Shown here one piece after another: positions 1 to 8,363 of a stretch of DNA of 14,145 nt. Made by a program: the position numbers and the translations under genes. Each line of letters opens with the position of its first letter. Within the stretch, counting starts at the first letter, position 1. Below the pieces are notes generated by a model that saw only the letters and a list, made by a program, of their open reading frames with translations, was not told the DNA's origin and ran no database searches. This DNA is from a virus: the UHGV virus genome UHGV-0225651. The stretch is one strand, 5' to 3'.

Positions 1-300
1 CCTATAGAGAGTATCATAGCTAACATAGAGATTAAGAGGTGTATAGGAGCTTCTAAGAGTGTATAGAGAGATGGTTAAGGTGATTGTATAGGTTGTTAAG
101 AAGGCTTGTTAGAGGGCTTGTTAGAAGGGTTATACAGAGGGCTATTAAGACCACTAGATAGATACTAAGATACTATATAGTACTATATAACTATATATAG
201 AGAGTAAGCTTAAGAAGGTTGTTAAGAAGGGTAGATATTTTGTTCACATATGATGGTGACCCAGAGGTTGGGACAACCGATAAAATTTTATAAAAAATAT
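1..300. repeat. Non-coding repeat region with degenerate direct repeats (iteron-like); possible origin or regulatory region
   Basis: Direct repeats of (C/G)TTGTTA(A)GA(A/G)GG at about 91-104, 105-116, 117-129 and 212-230; TATAGAGAG three times (about 5-13, 63-70, 197-205); ACTATATA-type repeats at 171-200. Plus strand is almost devoid of C. No ORF. Confidence 0.5.
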
Positions 301-320
301 AAATTTCGTAAATTTTACTC

Positions 321-347
321 AATAAAAAGCCCCCAATTAAGGAGGCT
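321..347 (-). terminator. Rho-independent terminator closing the minus-strand operon
   Basis: On the minus strand: stem AGCCTCC, loop TTAATT, stem GGGGGCT (7 bp with one G-U), followed by TTTTATT; sits 12 nt downstream of the stop of the 359..982 gene. Confidence 0.6.
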
Positions 348-358
348 CTTAAGATATT

Positions 359-982
359 TTAAATCAGTGTTTCCAGAACTGTTTTTAATGATGACTTGGT
401 TGTCTGATAAAAATGAGTAAAGCCATTGTTGTTATCAAATACCTGCATCATGATATCATCTCCCTTGATTGGGTACACTCGGATATCATAGTGAAAACCA
501 TTAAAGACACAAGAGCCATTACAGAATGCACTAAAGTCATCAACTGAGATATACTCTTCATGTCCTGTGATTTTTATACAAACACCTTTACTCGGTCTCT
601 TAGGGTTGATATCTTCCATCACAGACATACTCTGTCCACCAAGAGATACCATAGTGACCACTTTACGATTCTTCTGTCTAAAGTACATTTTAACTTTCTG
701 CAAAGTGTCTTCATAGAACGGATAAGACCTTTCTACAAAGATTCCTTCAAGTGGCTCTTTACCATTTTCAACTTCTCTGTTATGCCGTACTGCAAAGATA
801 ATTTGTTCGAACCAGTCAAGATTTTCTTCGGAGAGTGCTTCCCGAACATCCTTCCAGTCAAGTACTAAGTAGTTACCTTCAACTTCTTTTAAGTTATCTT
901 TTTCCATATCTATCACACCATTATCGTAAAACTTGATATTCTGGTACTGCGAATTTATTACTATTGTTCTTGATGAGGTCAT
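359..982 (-). CDS. Hypothetical protein (207 aa as listed)
   Basis: Long ORF on the operon strand. The listed start overlaps the upstream gene by 62 nt; an internal Met (MEKDNLKEV, start near 907) may be the true start. Confidence 0.55.
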   Translation of the reverse strand: MTSSRTIVINSQYQNIKFYDNGVIDMEKDNLKEVEGNYLVLDWKDVREALSEENLDWFEQIIFAVRHNREVENGKEPLEGIFVERSYPFYEDTLQKVKMYFRQKNRKVVTMVSLGGQSMSVMEDINPKRPSKGVCIKITGHEEYISVDDFSAFCNGSCVFNGFHYDIRVYPIKGDDIMMQVFDNNNGFTHFYQTTKSSLKTVLETLI

Positions 983-1385
983 CCTCTGAAACTAAAAATG
1001 TAATACCACATAAGTGTCTGTAACGACTATCATACTCGAATATCTTAAACAGATATTTACCATCATGATAAACCTGTTGCACTTCACCTTCTGCAACAAT
1101 CTCGCCTGTAATAAAATTTTTTAGTTTATACACATTACCAACTTTAGGTACTGTTTTCATCTCAGGCTCTTTTAGTGCTACACCTATTTTTGCATCACCG
1201 AGTAAATGAGAACTCTCAAAAGCTACGTGTTTCATATAGGCTTCTGAGCATTCCCAAATAAAACAATGTACAAGAACCTTAGCAGCATGTCTTGAGCAGT
1301 TCAACTTATCACAAATTTCTGTGTACATCTCATCTTTAGTAGAATTGTCAAGCATTGCTCTTTGCACTACTTCTTTAATTTTCAT
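921..1385 (-). CDS. Hypothetical protein (154 aa)
   Basis: ORF on the operon strand; its start overlaps the stop of the upstream gene by 11 nt (translational coupling). Confidence 0.6.
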   Translation of the reverse strand: MKIKEVVQRAMLDNSTKDEMYTEICDKLNCSRHAAKVLVHCFIWECSEAYMKHVAFESSHLLGDAKIGVALKEPEMKTVPKVGNVYKLKNFITGEIVAEGEVQQVYHDGKYLFKIFEYDSRYRHLCGITFLVSEDDLIKNNSNKFAVPEYQVLR

Positions 1386-1797
1386 AAGCTCTCCGAATAA
1401 CCCTATTAAGCATCTCTAAAGTCAGCTTTCCAGATTCTAAATGCGGCATAACAAGCTTTAAAGCTTTTTCAACATCATGCACAATATCAATTATACCTTC
1501 TTCATAGGCTTCTACGAGGATATCTTTTACACAGATATAGCCTTCATTGATAAGGATTTGCATATCAAAATCTTTTGATTGCTTGTTTAACTTACCTCTC
1601 CAATACCCATCAGCATTAAAAGATATCACTTCACACTCTTTAAAATCCATATCATCTGCATTGAATGGAGTAATTATTGTGCATTGGATTGGGTACTCTA
1701 CACCAGTGGTGTCAACATCAAAAACCTTCACAGAAGTGAGTGGTTTCTTTGTTTTAGAGCAGTAAACTGTCAATCTTTTACCAATAAGCTCTTTCAT
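1375..1797 (-). CDS. Hypothetical protein (140 aa)
   Basis: ORF on the operon strand with compact spacing; no motif recognised. Confidence 0.6.
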   Translation of the reverse strand: MKELIGKRLTVYCSKTKKPLTSVKVFDVDTTGVEYPIQCTIITPFNADDMDFKECEVISFNADGYWRGKLNKQSKDFDMQILINEGYICVKDILVEAYEEGIIDIVHDVEKALKLVMPHLESGKLTLEMLNRVIRRAYEN

Positions 1798-1849
1798 TTC
1801 GCTACCTTCTAAGTTTCTACAAAGGGGCTATCAAGTAACCCCTAAGTTA

Positions 1850-2074
1850 TTACTCAGACTTTTCAGTCTTCTTATCGGATTTCTTACTAGTCTTCTTCTC
1901 AGCTTTCTGTTCAGGTTCCTTCTCAGAAGTTGCCTTGATAACCATATCAAGAAGCTCTGATAAGTCACTCTTCAGCAAAGTAACAGGCTGCTCATTGTAG
2001 AAGTTTTTGTCAAGATAAACTTTAAACTCTTCTATAGAAGGAAATCCAAAAATTGGTACAGGTGTCTTAATCAT
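1850..2074 (-). CDS. Hypothetical small protein (74 aa) with Lys/Glu-rich C-terminal tail
   Basis: ORF on the operon strand; C-terminus KAEKKTSKKSDKKTEKSE is low-complexity and basic. Confidence 0.5.
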   Translation of the reverse strand: MIKTPVPIFGFPSIEEFKVYLDKNFYNEQPVTLLKSDLSELLDMVIKATSEKEPEQKAEKKTSKKSDKKTEKSE

Positions 2075-2150
2075 TACTTAGTCTCTCCATAGGCATCTTT
2101 TAAGATTGCCTTGTTAATCATTTCAGCGATTGCAAAACGAACACATACAG

Positions 2151-2684
2151 CTATAATTGTAGGTTGCATTCTTTACTTACCTCTTCAAGTTTAACCTCAG
2201 AATCCTTAAGTCGTTTCTTATGAACTCTGAACCTCATTAGTGAGATGATGATACCAGCTAAAGGAACAACATACAAGTACCAGACATCATGCAACTTTGC
2301 AGTAATCTGTGTAATGGTCAAGTCTTGAGCTATGTAGCTGATTGCTGATACAGCTAGTAATGTTGCTAAGAAGAAAACCAGTATCATAACAATATTCAGA
2401 CAACCTCTGGCATGGTATTCATGCTTAATGCACTTATTCTTCTCTTCAACAACCCTGTTGTAGTCATTTGTAAAGTCTCTGTAGAAAGCTTTTAAGTATT
2501 CTTGAGTGTAGCCTTCAAAGCAACCTGTACCGTACCAATAATCACCACCAAAATGTGCTATGATACCAGTATCCCCATTTGGTTTGGTTACTCTTAGTGA
2601 AGTATGATGACCAGTCTTCTGATAATCTATCTTGTATCTTTCTTCGTAAATCATTTCCCAACCCCTCTCAATCGTTTGTTCCAC
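2151..2684 (-). CDS. Hypothetical membrane protein (soluble N-terminal domain plus one hydrophobic segment)
   Basis: Hydrophobic stretch LNIVMILVFFLATLLAVSAISYIA in the translated ORF. The listed start overlaps the upstream ORF by 34 nt; an alternative start at MIYEERYK (near 2654) would give an ATGA-type junction. Confidence 0.55.
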   Translation of the reverse strand: MEQTIERGWEMIYEERYKIDYQKTGHHTSLRVTKPNGDTGIIAHFGGDYWYGTGCFEGYTQEYLKAFYRDFTNDYNRVVEEKNKCIKHEYHARGCLNIVMILVFFLATLLAVSAISYIAQDLTITQITAKLHDVWYLYVVPLAGIIISLMRFRVHKKRLKDSEVKLEEVSKECNLQL

Positions 2685-2869
2685 TCAAGGTCAACAAGTC
2701 TTTGCAGGACTTTCCCTCTAGGTGTTACACCTTTTAAATCTGCATCGTAGCAACGGTAAAAGTCACCTTCAGCGTGTTTACCGTAGCATTTTCTGATATT
2801 CTGGCTCCTACGATACTGCTCTAACAGGGACAGTTTGTAGTAGTCTTCAACTGTAGTTAGTTTTTTCAT
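2651..2869 (-). CDS. Hypothetical small protein (72 aa)
   Basis: ORF on the operon strand; 4-nt overlap with the upstream gene at 2866-2869. Confidence 0.45.
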   Translation of the reverse strand: MKKLTTVEDYYKLSLLEQYRRSQNIRKCYGKHAEGDFYRCYDADLKGVTPRGKVLQRLVDLEWNKRLRGVGK

Positions 2870-3411
2870 TCTTTCACCATAGCGTTTCTGAACTGGCGTT
2901 GTGTTTCTCTTGTAATTTCGTTTGGAGTAAACCCTGCTTTTAGCATATCTCTGAAAAGAACTTCTAAATGGTTCCTCTCAATGATGTAAATAGCATTCTG
3001 AATAGCTGTTTTTCGCTCCTTCAGGTCACTACTAATCTCTTCGCACTTACTGGTAAGTTCTGTATCAACTTTCTTATAGACTGGCATAACATGTGCGTAG
3101 CAACCTTTATTAGTCTCCATGAAAAATTTAAAAGATTCTTCAGAGTCCTTTAGAGCAATCCCTATAAAGTTTTTGTAAGCACCTGTGAAAGATAAGGAAT
3201 CAATCTCAGCAGTTGAGTATACAGTCCCTGCACACAGTCTTGCAGAAGTACTGAATGTGTGATTTGGTGTTGTGTCAAAGTCTAAATTCTTCAGTGGTCG
3301 GAAATAAACTGTACCATTGTGTGAGATGTGTGTTACAACAGCCTCAACACTCTTTGAAGGATTCTGTTTAACATACAAAATAATTTTATCGTGCTCTTTC
3401 ACTTTAGCCAT
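2866..3411 (-). CDS. Hypothetical protein (181 aa)
   Basis: ORF on the operon strand; no motif recognised. Confidence 0.6.
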   Translation of the reverse strand: MAKVKEHDKIILYVKQNPSKSVEAVVTHISHNGTVYFRPLKNLDFDTTPNHTFSTSARLCAGTVYSTAEIDSLSFTGAYKNFIGIALKDSEESFKFFMETNKGCYAHVMPVYKKVDTELTSKCEEISSDLKERKTAIQNAIYIIERNHLEVLFRDMLKAGFTPNEITRETQRQFRNAMVKE

Positions 3412-3483
3412 AACTATTCTCCAGAAACTAAAAAGGGAACTACCTCTCGATAGCTCCCATCATAGTCAATATTGTATACTCGG

Positions 3484-4065
3484 TCAAGAGTATTTTTTAG
3501 GCAGTAATGCACTGCGCTTGTTACTCTCTTCACTCAATAGTGCAATGAAATCATCACTTTTACCTTTCCACGGGCTGAATGAAGGTATGTGTTCACGGAT
3601 AGCCTCAATCACTGTCTTAAGTGCTGTGTTCTTCATCCACCAATCAGAATCTGCTGATGCTACCACGTAGTATCCACCGTCATCAGTTAAAATTGGCTCT
3701 GAGATACATGGTGAAATCAAAGTGGTGATGATTGAACCATTGTTCATGTAGTATGTGCGTTTCATAACCTTTTCAAGAAGCTTGTGAAGGTCACCAAACA
3801 ATGTTACAAGCTCTTTATGGTCAATATCTTTTTCGAGGTTTGCTCGATACTTCAAGAGTGCAGCATCAACCTCTCTGTCATTAAACTTGAAATATTGAAC
3901 TTCTTCCACAAGGCAAACACTGATGTTGTTAACGTTCATAGTCAACTTACAAACTTTTACAGGAGAGTTGATATTTGGTTGAAAAAGTGCAATACACCCT
4001 TCAATATTTCCAAAATGTTGTACCAGTGTTACTTGTGGAGTAATATTCTGTTGCTCTTCGGACAT
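3484..4065 (-). CDS. Hypothetical protein (193 aa)
   Basis: ORF on the operon strand; TAATG stop/start overlap with the upstream gene at 4065. Confidence 0.6.
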   Translation of the reverse strand: MSEEQQNITPQVTLVQHFGNIEGCIALFQPNINSPVKVCKLTMNVNNISVCLVEEVQYFKFNDREVDAALLKYRANLEKDIDHKELVTLFGDLHKLLEKVMKRTYYMNNGSIITTLISPCISEPILTDDGGYYVVASADSDWWMKNTALKTVIEAIREHIPSFSPWKGKSDDFIALLSEESNKRSALLPKKYS

Positions 4066-4409
4066 TACAGTTTCCTCATTAAATACTTTTTAAGTTGTGT
4101 GTTAGGTTTCTCAAAAACTTCTATAGAAGATATCTTGACAGATTCACCACGCATACCTGTATGTTTGAATATGTAATACTCTAACATCCCTATATACTTT
4201 GCTGGTAAGTCATATTTTACATACACCGTCACAGAATCTTCAAACTCAACAACCTTTGTACCATCTTTGTAGTTAAACTCTTTAGGATGGTTGTAGTTGT
4301 CTATGTCATACATTAAAAAGAGTCTTTTCCGTTGCATATCAAGCTTGTTTGTTAAAGACTCTTTGATATCTGAGAAGTTTTTGTACACTGTGACATGGAG
4401 CTTACTCAT
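4065..4409 (-). CDS. Hypothetical protein (114 aa)
   Basis: ORF on the operon strand, translationally coupled on both sides. Confidence 0.6.
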   Translation of the reverse strand: MSKLHVTVYKNFSDIKESLTNKLDMQRKRLFLMYDIDNYNHPKEFNYKDGTKVVEFEDSVTVYVKYDLPAKYIGMLEYYIFKHTGMRGESVKISSIEVFEKPNTQLKKYLMRKL

Positions 4410-4695
4410 CGTTAAACTCTCTGACGAAGAAATAGTTGACTTTGTTATTACCTACCATAAGGTCAAAGCAGGTATTTTCAAAAGGTTTGTTATAGGCATC
4501 ATATGAAACGTATGTATCAGCTACTTGCTTAGTGCTTAACTTCTTACTTGATGGGTTTAAGAGGCCACCATATAGTTTCTTGATAGCCTCTTCTACAACA
4601 GACCATATGATTTCGTCAGTAATTTCTTCGTACAGGTCAAGTTCACGCTCTAGTGAGAAGTCACAAATAGGGAAAATAACCTGTACTTTACTCAT
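4402..4695 (-). CDS. Hypothetical protein (97 aa)
   Basis: ORF on the operon strand; overlapping start and stop with neighbours. Confidence 0.55.
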   Translation of the reverse strand: MSKVQVIFPICDFSLERELDLYEEITDEIIWSVVEEAIKKLYGGLLNPSSKKLSTKQVADTYVSYDAYNKPFENTCFDLMVGNNKVNYFFVREFNDE

Positions 4696-5090
4696 TAACG
4701 AATAACCTGTGAGACTTGAATTGCTTCAGTTACTGACAAATCACCAACTTTCTCTTCTTTGATAAAAGTGAAGGTGAGTTCAACAGGCTCTTGCTCTTCT
4801 TGCTCAACTGGAACACCATTAAGCTCATCAAAGATTGATTGAGTTGTCCAGTCTTCTCCACCATCTGGATAGTGGATTGCATAAAGAGGAAACTCTAAAT
4901 TATACCAAGCAAAAACAGGGCAACCATCGGCATCATCTCGGCATCTGTGGAGATATGTGTTTGTACCTTCAAAATGCAAATGCAGATTGCCATTCTTCTC
5001 AAATAGAAGAGCATCTTGCAGGTCTAGCTCATCATTTTCGCTGTAACGACTAACATCAACTTTAACGTGGATATGACTGTTATTATTCAT
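4695..5090 (-). CDS. Hypothetical acidic protein (131 aa)
   Basis: ORF on the operon strand; Asp/Glu-rich. Confidence 0.6.
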   Translation of the reverse strand: MNNNSHIHVKVDVSRYSENDELDLQDALLFEKNGNLHLHFEGTNTYLHRCRDDADGCPVFAWYNLEFPLYAIHYPDGGEDWTTQSIFDELNGVPVEQEEQEPVELTFTFIKEEKVGDLSVTEAIQVSQVIR

Positions 5091-5481
5091 AAAAACCTCT
5101 CTCTGCTTGTTCGATTTTTGCTCTTAAAGCTTCGCAATGTTGTAAATGGTAGTTAGCTTCTTGTTCATGTGTTGCTAACTGCCTTTCAAGAACAGTTTTA
5201 TAATAACTTGCGAGTTGCTCTTTTGTCAATGGGTGTTCTGAAATAATATCAAGTCCACTTTCACCAAGAGGGTTGAATTGCCCATGTTCATTGACATTGT
5301 AAGTCTCAAACTTGAAGAGGCCATTGTTCACAGACTCAATAGGTGACAGTTCAACAAGCTCTACAGTAAACCGTGTATACACCTTGTCGCCTCTTGAAAC
5401 CACATTGTTTCCGACAATGCGTACAAGCGAGCCATTACGAGTGTACTTAAAAGTTCCAAAGTCACTAGCCCAAAGTTTCAT
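5083..5481 (-). CDS. Hypothetical protein (132 aa)
   Basis: ORF preceded on the minus strand by AAGGAG about 7 nt upstream of the ATG, directly after the 5491-5523 terminator. Confidence 0.6.
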   Translation of the reverse strand: MKLWASDFGTFKYTRNGSLVRIVGNNVVSRGDKVYTRFTVELVELSPIESVNNGLFKFETYNVNEHGQFNPLGESGLDIISEHPLTKEQLASYYKTVLERQLATHEQEANYHLQHCEALRAKIEQAERGFYE

Positions 5482-5490
5482 AGTTTTCTC

Positions 5491-5523
5491 CTTAGAAAAT
5501 AAAAAAGGCTCCCGAAGGAGCCT
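5491..5523 (-). terminator. Rho-independent terminator (or attenuator) downstream of the endolysin gene
   Basis: Perfect 7-bp stem AGGCTCC/GGAGCCT (5506-5512 and 5517-5523) with CGAA loop; on the minus strand it is followed by TTTTTTATTTT and then the RBS of the next gene. Confidence 0.65.
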
Positions 5524-5532
5524 ATGAAGATA

Positions 5533-5997
5533 TTACTTTGGATATACACTGTCAAGATAAATGTTAGCTTCCATTCTACGTCTGTTTTTCAGTCCGTTTG
5601 AAGTAACCTTCTCACCTTTGACTGTAATCTTGTTCCACCACTGCATAGCTTCTGCACAACCTACCTTATTACCAGCATTGTGGCGCTTGATAAATGTAGA
5701 GTCCTGCATAGCTGTGATACCGATGTTGTATGTTTCACTTACAAGTGCGTCGAACTCATTCTGAGAAGTGGGAACCTTGATAGCTTTGTTCACTGCTGCA
5801 ACAAACTTTTCAACATCTGTGAGAAGATACTGTTCAGCTTGTGCAGCCGTGATTTTCATACCCATCTTAACAGGTTTTCCGTCAATACGGATTGTACCAT
5901 ACCCGATTGTTGGGATTCCGGCAGAATCTTTGTAAGCCTCAAGCTTAAGACCTTCAAAGAACTTAATAGCTTCTAAACCTTTTCTTGAGAGTTGCAT
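5533..5997 (-). CDS. Endolysin, GH24 phage lysozyme (P22 gp19-like muramidase)
   Basis: The translation has the hallmark N-terminal block EGLKLEAYKDSAGIPTIGYG and resembles P22 gp19 along its length as I recall that sequence (blocks such as ITA-E, NQNxFDAL, YNIG and a C-terminal RRR patch). Start ATG overlaps the stop of the upstream gene (ATGA). Confidence 0.9.
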   Translation of the reverse strand: MQLSRKGLEAIKFFEGLKLEAYKDSAGIPTIGYGTIRIDGKPVKMGMKITAAQAEQYLLTDVEKFVAAVNKAIKVPTSQNEFDALVSETYNIGITAMQDSTFIKRHNAGNKVGCAEAMQWWNKITVKGEKVTSNGLKNRRRMEANIYLDSVYPK

Positions 5998-7130
5998 TAT
6001 GCCTCCCCTGCTGGGTTAACTGTAACTGTTGCTGCATTAGATGTTACAGAGCCACCTGCACCAGTAACTACACAAGTGTAGCTTCCTGCATCAGCAGTGG
6101 TTGCACCTTCTTTGGTGTAAGTTGCAGCAGTTGCATCGAGGATGTCTTCCTCACCTTTCTTCCACTGGTAACCTGTTGCACCTGTTGCCACAACATTCAG
6201 TGTTAAAGTCTCACCTTCAGTGATTTCTTGATTGGTTGGCTGTTGAGTGATTACCGGAAGTGCGTTAACAATAACCGTTGCAGGGCTAGAAGTGACAGAA
6301 CCACCTGCACCTGTTACAACGCAAGCGTATGAACCTGCATCTGCTGGCAGAGCACCAGACTTGCTATAGGTAGCATTTGTCGCTGAAGGAATGTCAGAGC
6401 CATCTTTCTTCCATTGGTAACCGGTTGCACCAGTTGCAGTAACTGCTAAGTTGATGTTTCCACCTTCATTAATAGTCTGGTTAGAAGGTTGCTTGGTAAT
6501 CACAGGTAGTGCGTTCACAGTCACTGTTGCTGCATCTGAGGTAACACTTGTTCCACCCTCTCCAGATACAACACAAGTGTATGAACCAGCGTCAGAAGGT
6601 GCTACTGACTGTTTTGTGTAAGTTGCAGAATTGGCACTAGGGATATCCTCACCATCCTTCTTCCACTGATATCCAGTGGCGTTAGTTGCTAGAATGCTTA
6701 GAGTAAGTGTGCCACCTTCATTTACTGTTTGATTGGTTGGTTGCTGAGTGATTGCTGGTGGCTTGATAGCATCCTTCAACTTAGCATTCAGCATTGAGAA
6801 TGGTTTAACTCTTGCCAGCCATTCACAATAAACTGTATCAACGTCTTTACCATTGATAATTGCATATTGTAAGTCCATGAAGAAATCAGCAGTTCTCATC
6901 TGTGCACCAACACTGTAAAGCAATTCATCACTAAATGGAACTTTGTAGTCTGGTTTGTAGTCAAACTTCTCAACTTCTGCAATATCAGCTTCAGGCCAAT
7001 ATGAACTATAGGTAAGTGGTAAAATAGCCTCTTGATATGTTCTAAAATCATATCTCTTACCAGCCTTTACATTTGCAATGAAACCCTTCACAAACTCTTT
7101 GAAGTCTGGGTAAGTCTTTGCTTTAATCAT
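5997..7130 (-). CDS. Two-part protein: N-terminal domain (about 125 aa) paralogous to the upstream gene, plus three tandem Ig-like repeats
   Basis: Three repeats of about 84 aa (roughly 6000-6755) of the form QQPTNQT-NEGG-L-L-ATGATGYQWKKDG-DIPSA-ATY-DAGSY-CVV-G-GG-VTS-ATVTVNALPVI, an Ig-like signature. The N-terminal region aligns with the 7127..7498 product. Confidence 0.8.
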   Translation of the reverse strand: MIKAKTYPDFKEFVKGFIANVKAGKRYDFRTYQEAILPLTYSSYWPEADIAEVEKFDYKPDYKVPFSDELLYSVGAQMRTADFFMDLQYAIINGKDVDTVYCEWLARVKPFSMLNAKLKDAIKPPAITQQPTNQTVNEGGTLTLSILATNATGYQWKKDGEDIPSANSATYTKQSVAPSDAGSYTCVVSGEGGTSVTSDAATVTVNALPVITKQPSNQTINEGGNINLAVTATGATGYQWKKDGSDIPSATNATYSKSGALPADAGSYACVVTGAGGSVTSSPATVIVNALPVITQQPTNQEITEGETLTLNVVATGATGYQWKKGEEDILDATAATYTKEGATTADAGSYTCVVTGAGGSVTSNAATVTVNPAGEA

Positions 7131-7498
7131 TTCTTTTCAGCCTCTAAATGTGCGTTTAGTCTAAAATAACCTTTGTGATTCGGAGATACATCACCAACGA
7201 CAATACCTTTAACCTTATAACCTTTACCAATTACATACTGGATATCCATAAGGAATCTTCCAAGACCAACAATATGGAACATTGGGTATAATAGATTCTC
7301 AGAGTCTGGAATATTGATTTCAGGTTTGTAGGTACGCTGTTCGATTGTTGGTGTAATATCTTCTTCAGGCCATTTACTGAGTCTCCATGTCAAAGGTGTT
7401 GGGATAACATCATTAAGGTTGTACCTTTCACCATTTTGCACGGAATTGATATAGGATTGTAGGAAGCAATAAAAGTCTTTTGCACTCTTAGCTTTCAT
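7127..7498 (-). CDS. Hypothetical protein (123 aa), stand-alone paralogue of the N-terminal domain of the Ig-repeat protein
   Basis: Shared blocks with the downstream protein: MKAKSAKDFYCFLQSYINSVQNGERYN vs MIKAKTYPDFKEFVKGFIANVKAGKRYD, WPEEDI vs WPEADI, FLMDIQYVI vs FFMDLQYAI. AAGGA RBS upstream; ATGA overlap with the downstream gene. Confidence 0.65.
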   Translation of the reverse strand: MKAKSAKDFYCFLQSYINSVQNGERYNLNDVIPTPLTWRLSKWPEEDITPTIEQRTYKPEINIPDSENLLYPMFHIVGLGRFLMDIQYVIGKGYKVKGIVVGDVSPNHKGYFRLNAHLEAEKK

Positions 7499-7521
7499 TA
7501 AATATCCTTATAAATAGTTAA

Positions 7522-7537
7522 AGGGGCATAAGCCCCT
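7522..7537 (-). terminator. Intergenic hairpin, possibly a weak terminator or processing site
   Basis: Stem AGGGGC/GCCCCT with ATAA loop between the 7546..8136 and 7127..7498 genes; followed on the minus strand by a T-rich but interrupted tract (TTAACTATTTAT). Confidence 0.35.
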
Positions 7538-7545
7538 ATTCACAC

Positions 7546-8136
7546 TTAAGCTTTGGTCTTAAGTAGGTTCTTAAGTTTTTTAAGATTCATACTCTCATCA
7601 AACTTAAAACCAAATCCATTGACATAATCAATGAACTCGGATTTCTTACTGAGTGACAATGCGTAACTCATATCAAAGTTCTTACTTGTTTCTGCATCTG
7701 GACTAGAGTTCACATCAAATGAAATTTCCGTAGGCTCTTGCTTACTTTTTCTCATATTATCAACCAACAAACATGTATAGTTTGCTGGATAGAAATTTAC
7801 ACTACCATCAACGTAGCTGTACTTATTATTATGGATAAGGTTGGAAAATACCTTAAGGAATGTTTCTGAGTCGTGGCAAACAAGTTTGAATTGGCTGCTC
7901 TCTCCAAGCGCAACTAATGAATACGGACTTTCACTATCAAAGTCATAATTTGGATTAGATGCCGTCACTGTTACACGCATCAAGTTATTAGCAATAGTCT
8001 TCTGTTTAAAAGAATTTTGAACATAGTGAAGACCTCTATCACACTGATTGACTAGCTCTTTAAGAAGGTCATTTGCATATGGTGAATTAATTGATACAGA
8101 GCCATCACTATTGTAATTAAAACTTACTGTTAACAT
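7546..8136 (-). CDS. Hypothetical protein (196 aa)
   Basis: ORF on the operon strand with GGAGA RBS about 8 nt upstream of the ATG. Confidence 0.6.
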   Translation of the reverse strand: MLTVSFNYNSDGSVSINSPYANDLLKELVNQCDRGLHYVQNSFKQKTIANNLMRVTVTASNPNYDFDSESPYSLVALGESSQFKLVCHDSETFLKVFSNLIHNNKYSYVDGSVNFYPANYTCLLVDNMRKSKQEPTEISFDVNSSPDAETSKNFDMSYALSLSKKSEFIDYVNGFGFKFDESMNLKKLKNLLKTKA

Positions 8137-8363
8137 TTTTCAGTTCTCCTGCGATTTATAATTTTGCTGCAATAGAGAAACGAAGTAAACTCACTGGAAG
8201 AAACCATTAAGTGTTGTTCACTAGATTGAGCCATTGCCCTGAAATACATTCCAGTCAAAGCATCATAGTGACTATTCTTTCCAATTGAGGTTATATAGCC
8301 ATGACTCTTTGCAGTTTGATATAAATCTATAATATCTGCGATTTCTAATTGGGAACTACACAT
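8130..8363 (-). CDS. Hypothetical small protein (77 aa)
   Basis: ORF on the operon strand with AGAGGA upstream of the ATG; overlaps both neighbours by a few nt. Confidence 0.45.
   Translation of the reverse strand: MCSSQLEIADIIDLYQTAKSHGYITSIGKNSHYDALTGMYFRAMAQSSEQHLMVSSSEFTSFLYCSKIINRRRTEKC

Noticed and set aside
1807-1835. Terminator hairpin between the 1850..2074 and 1375..1797 genes
   Set aside because: Stem is only AGGGG/CCCCT with a 12-nt loop and no U-tract on the transcribed strand.
560-6206. Plus-strand ORFs inside the leftward operon (560..868, 1547..1765, 2968..3153, 3317..3670, 3784..4176, 4297..4506, 4835..5053, 5312..5527, 5561..5764, 5680..5976, 5985..6206)
   Set aside because: All are antisense to longer minus-strand genes that show coupling and RBSs. 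Their compositions look like reverse-frame artefacts; the Cys-rich 5985..6206 product is the antisense reading of the Ig-repeat region.
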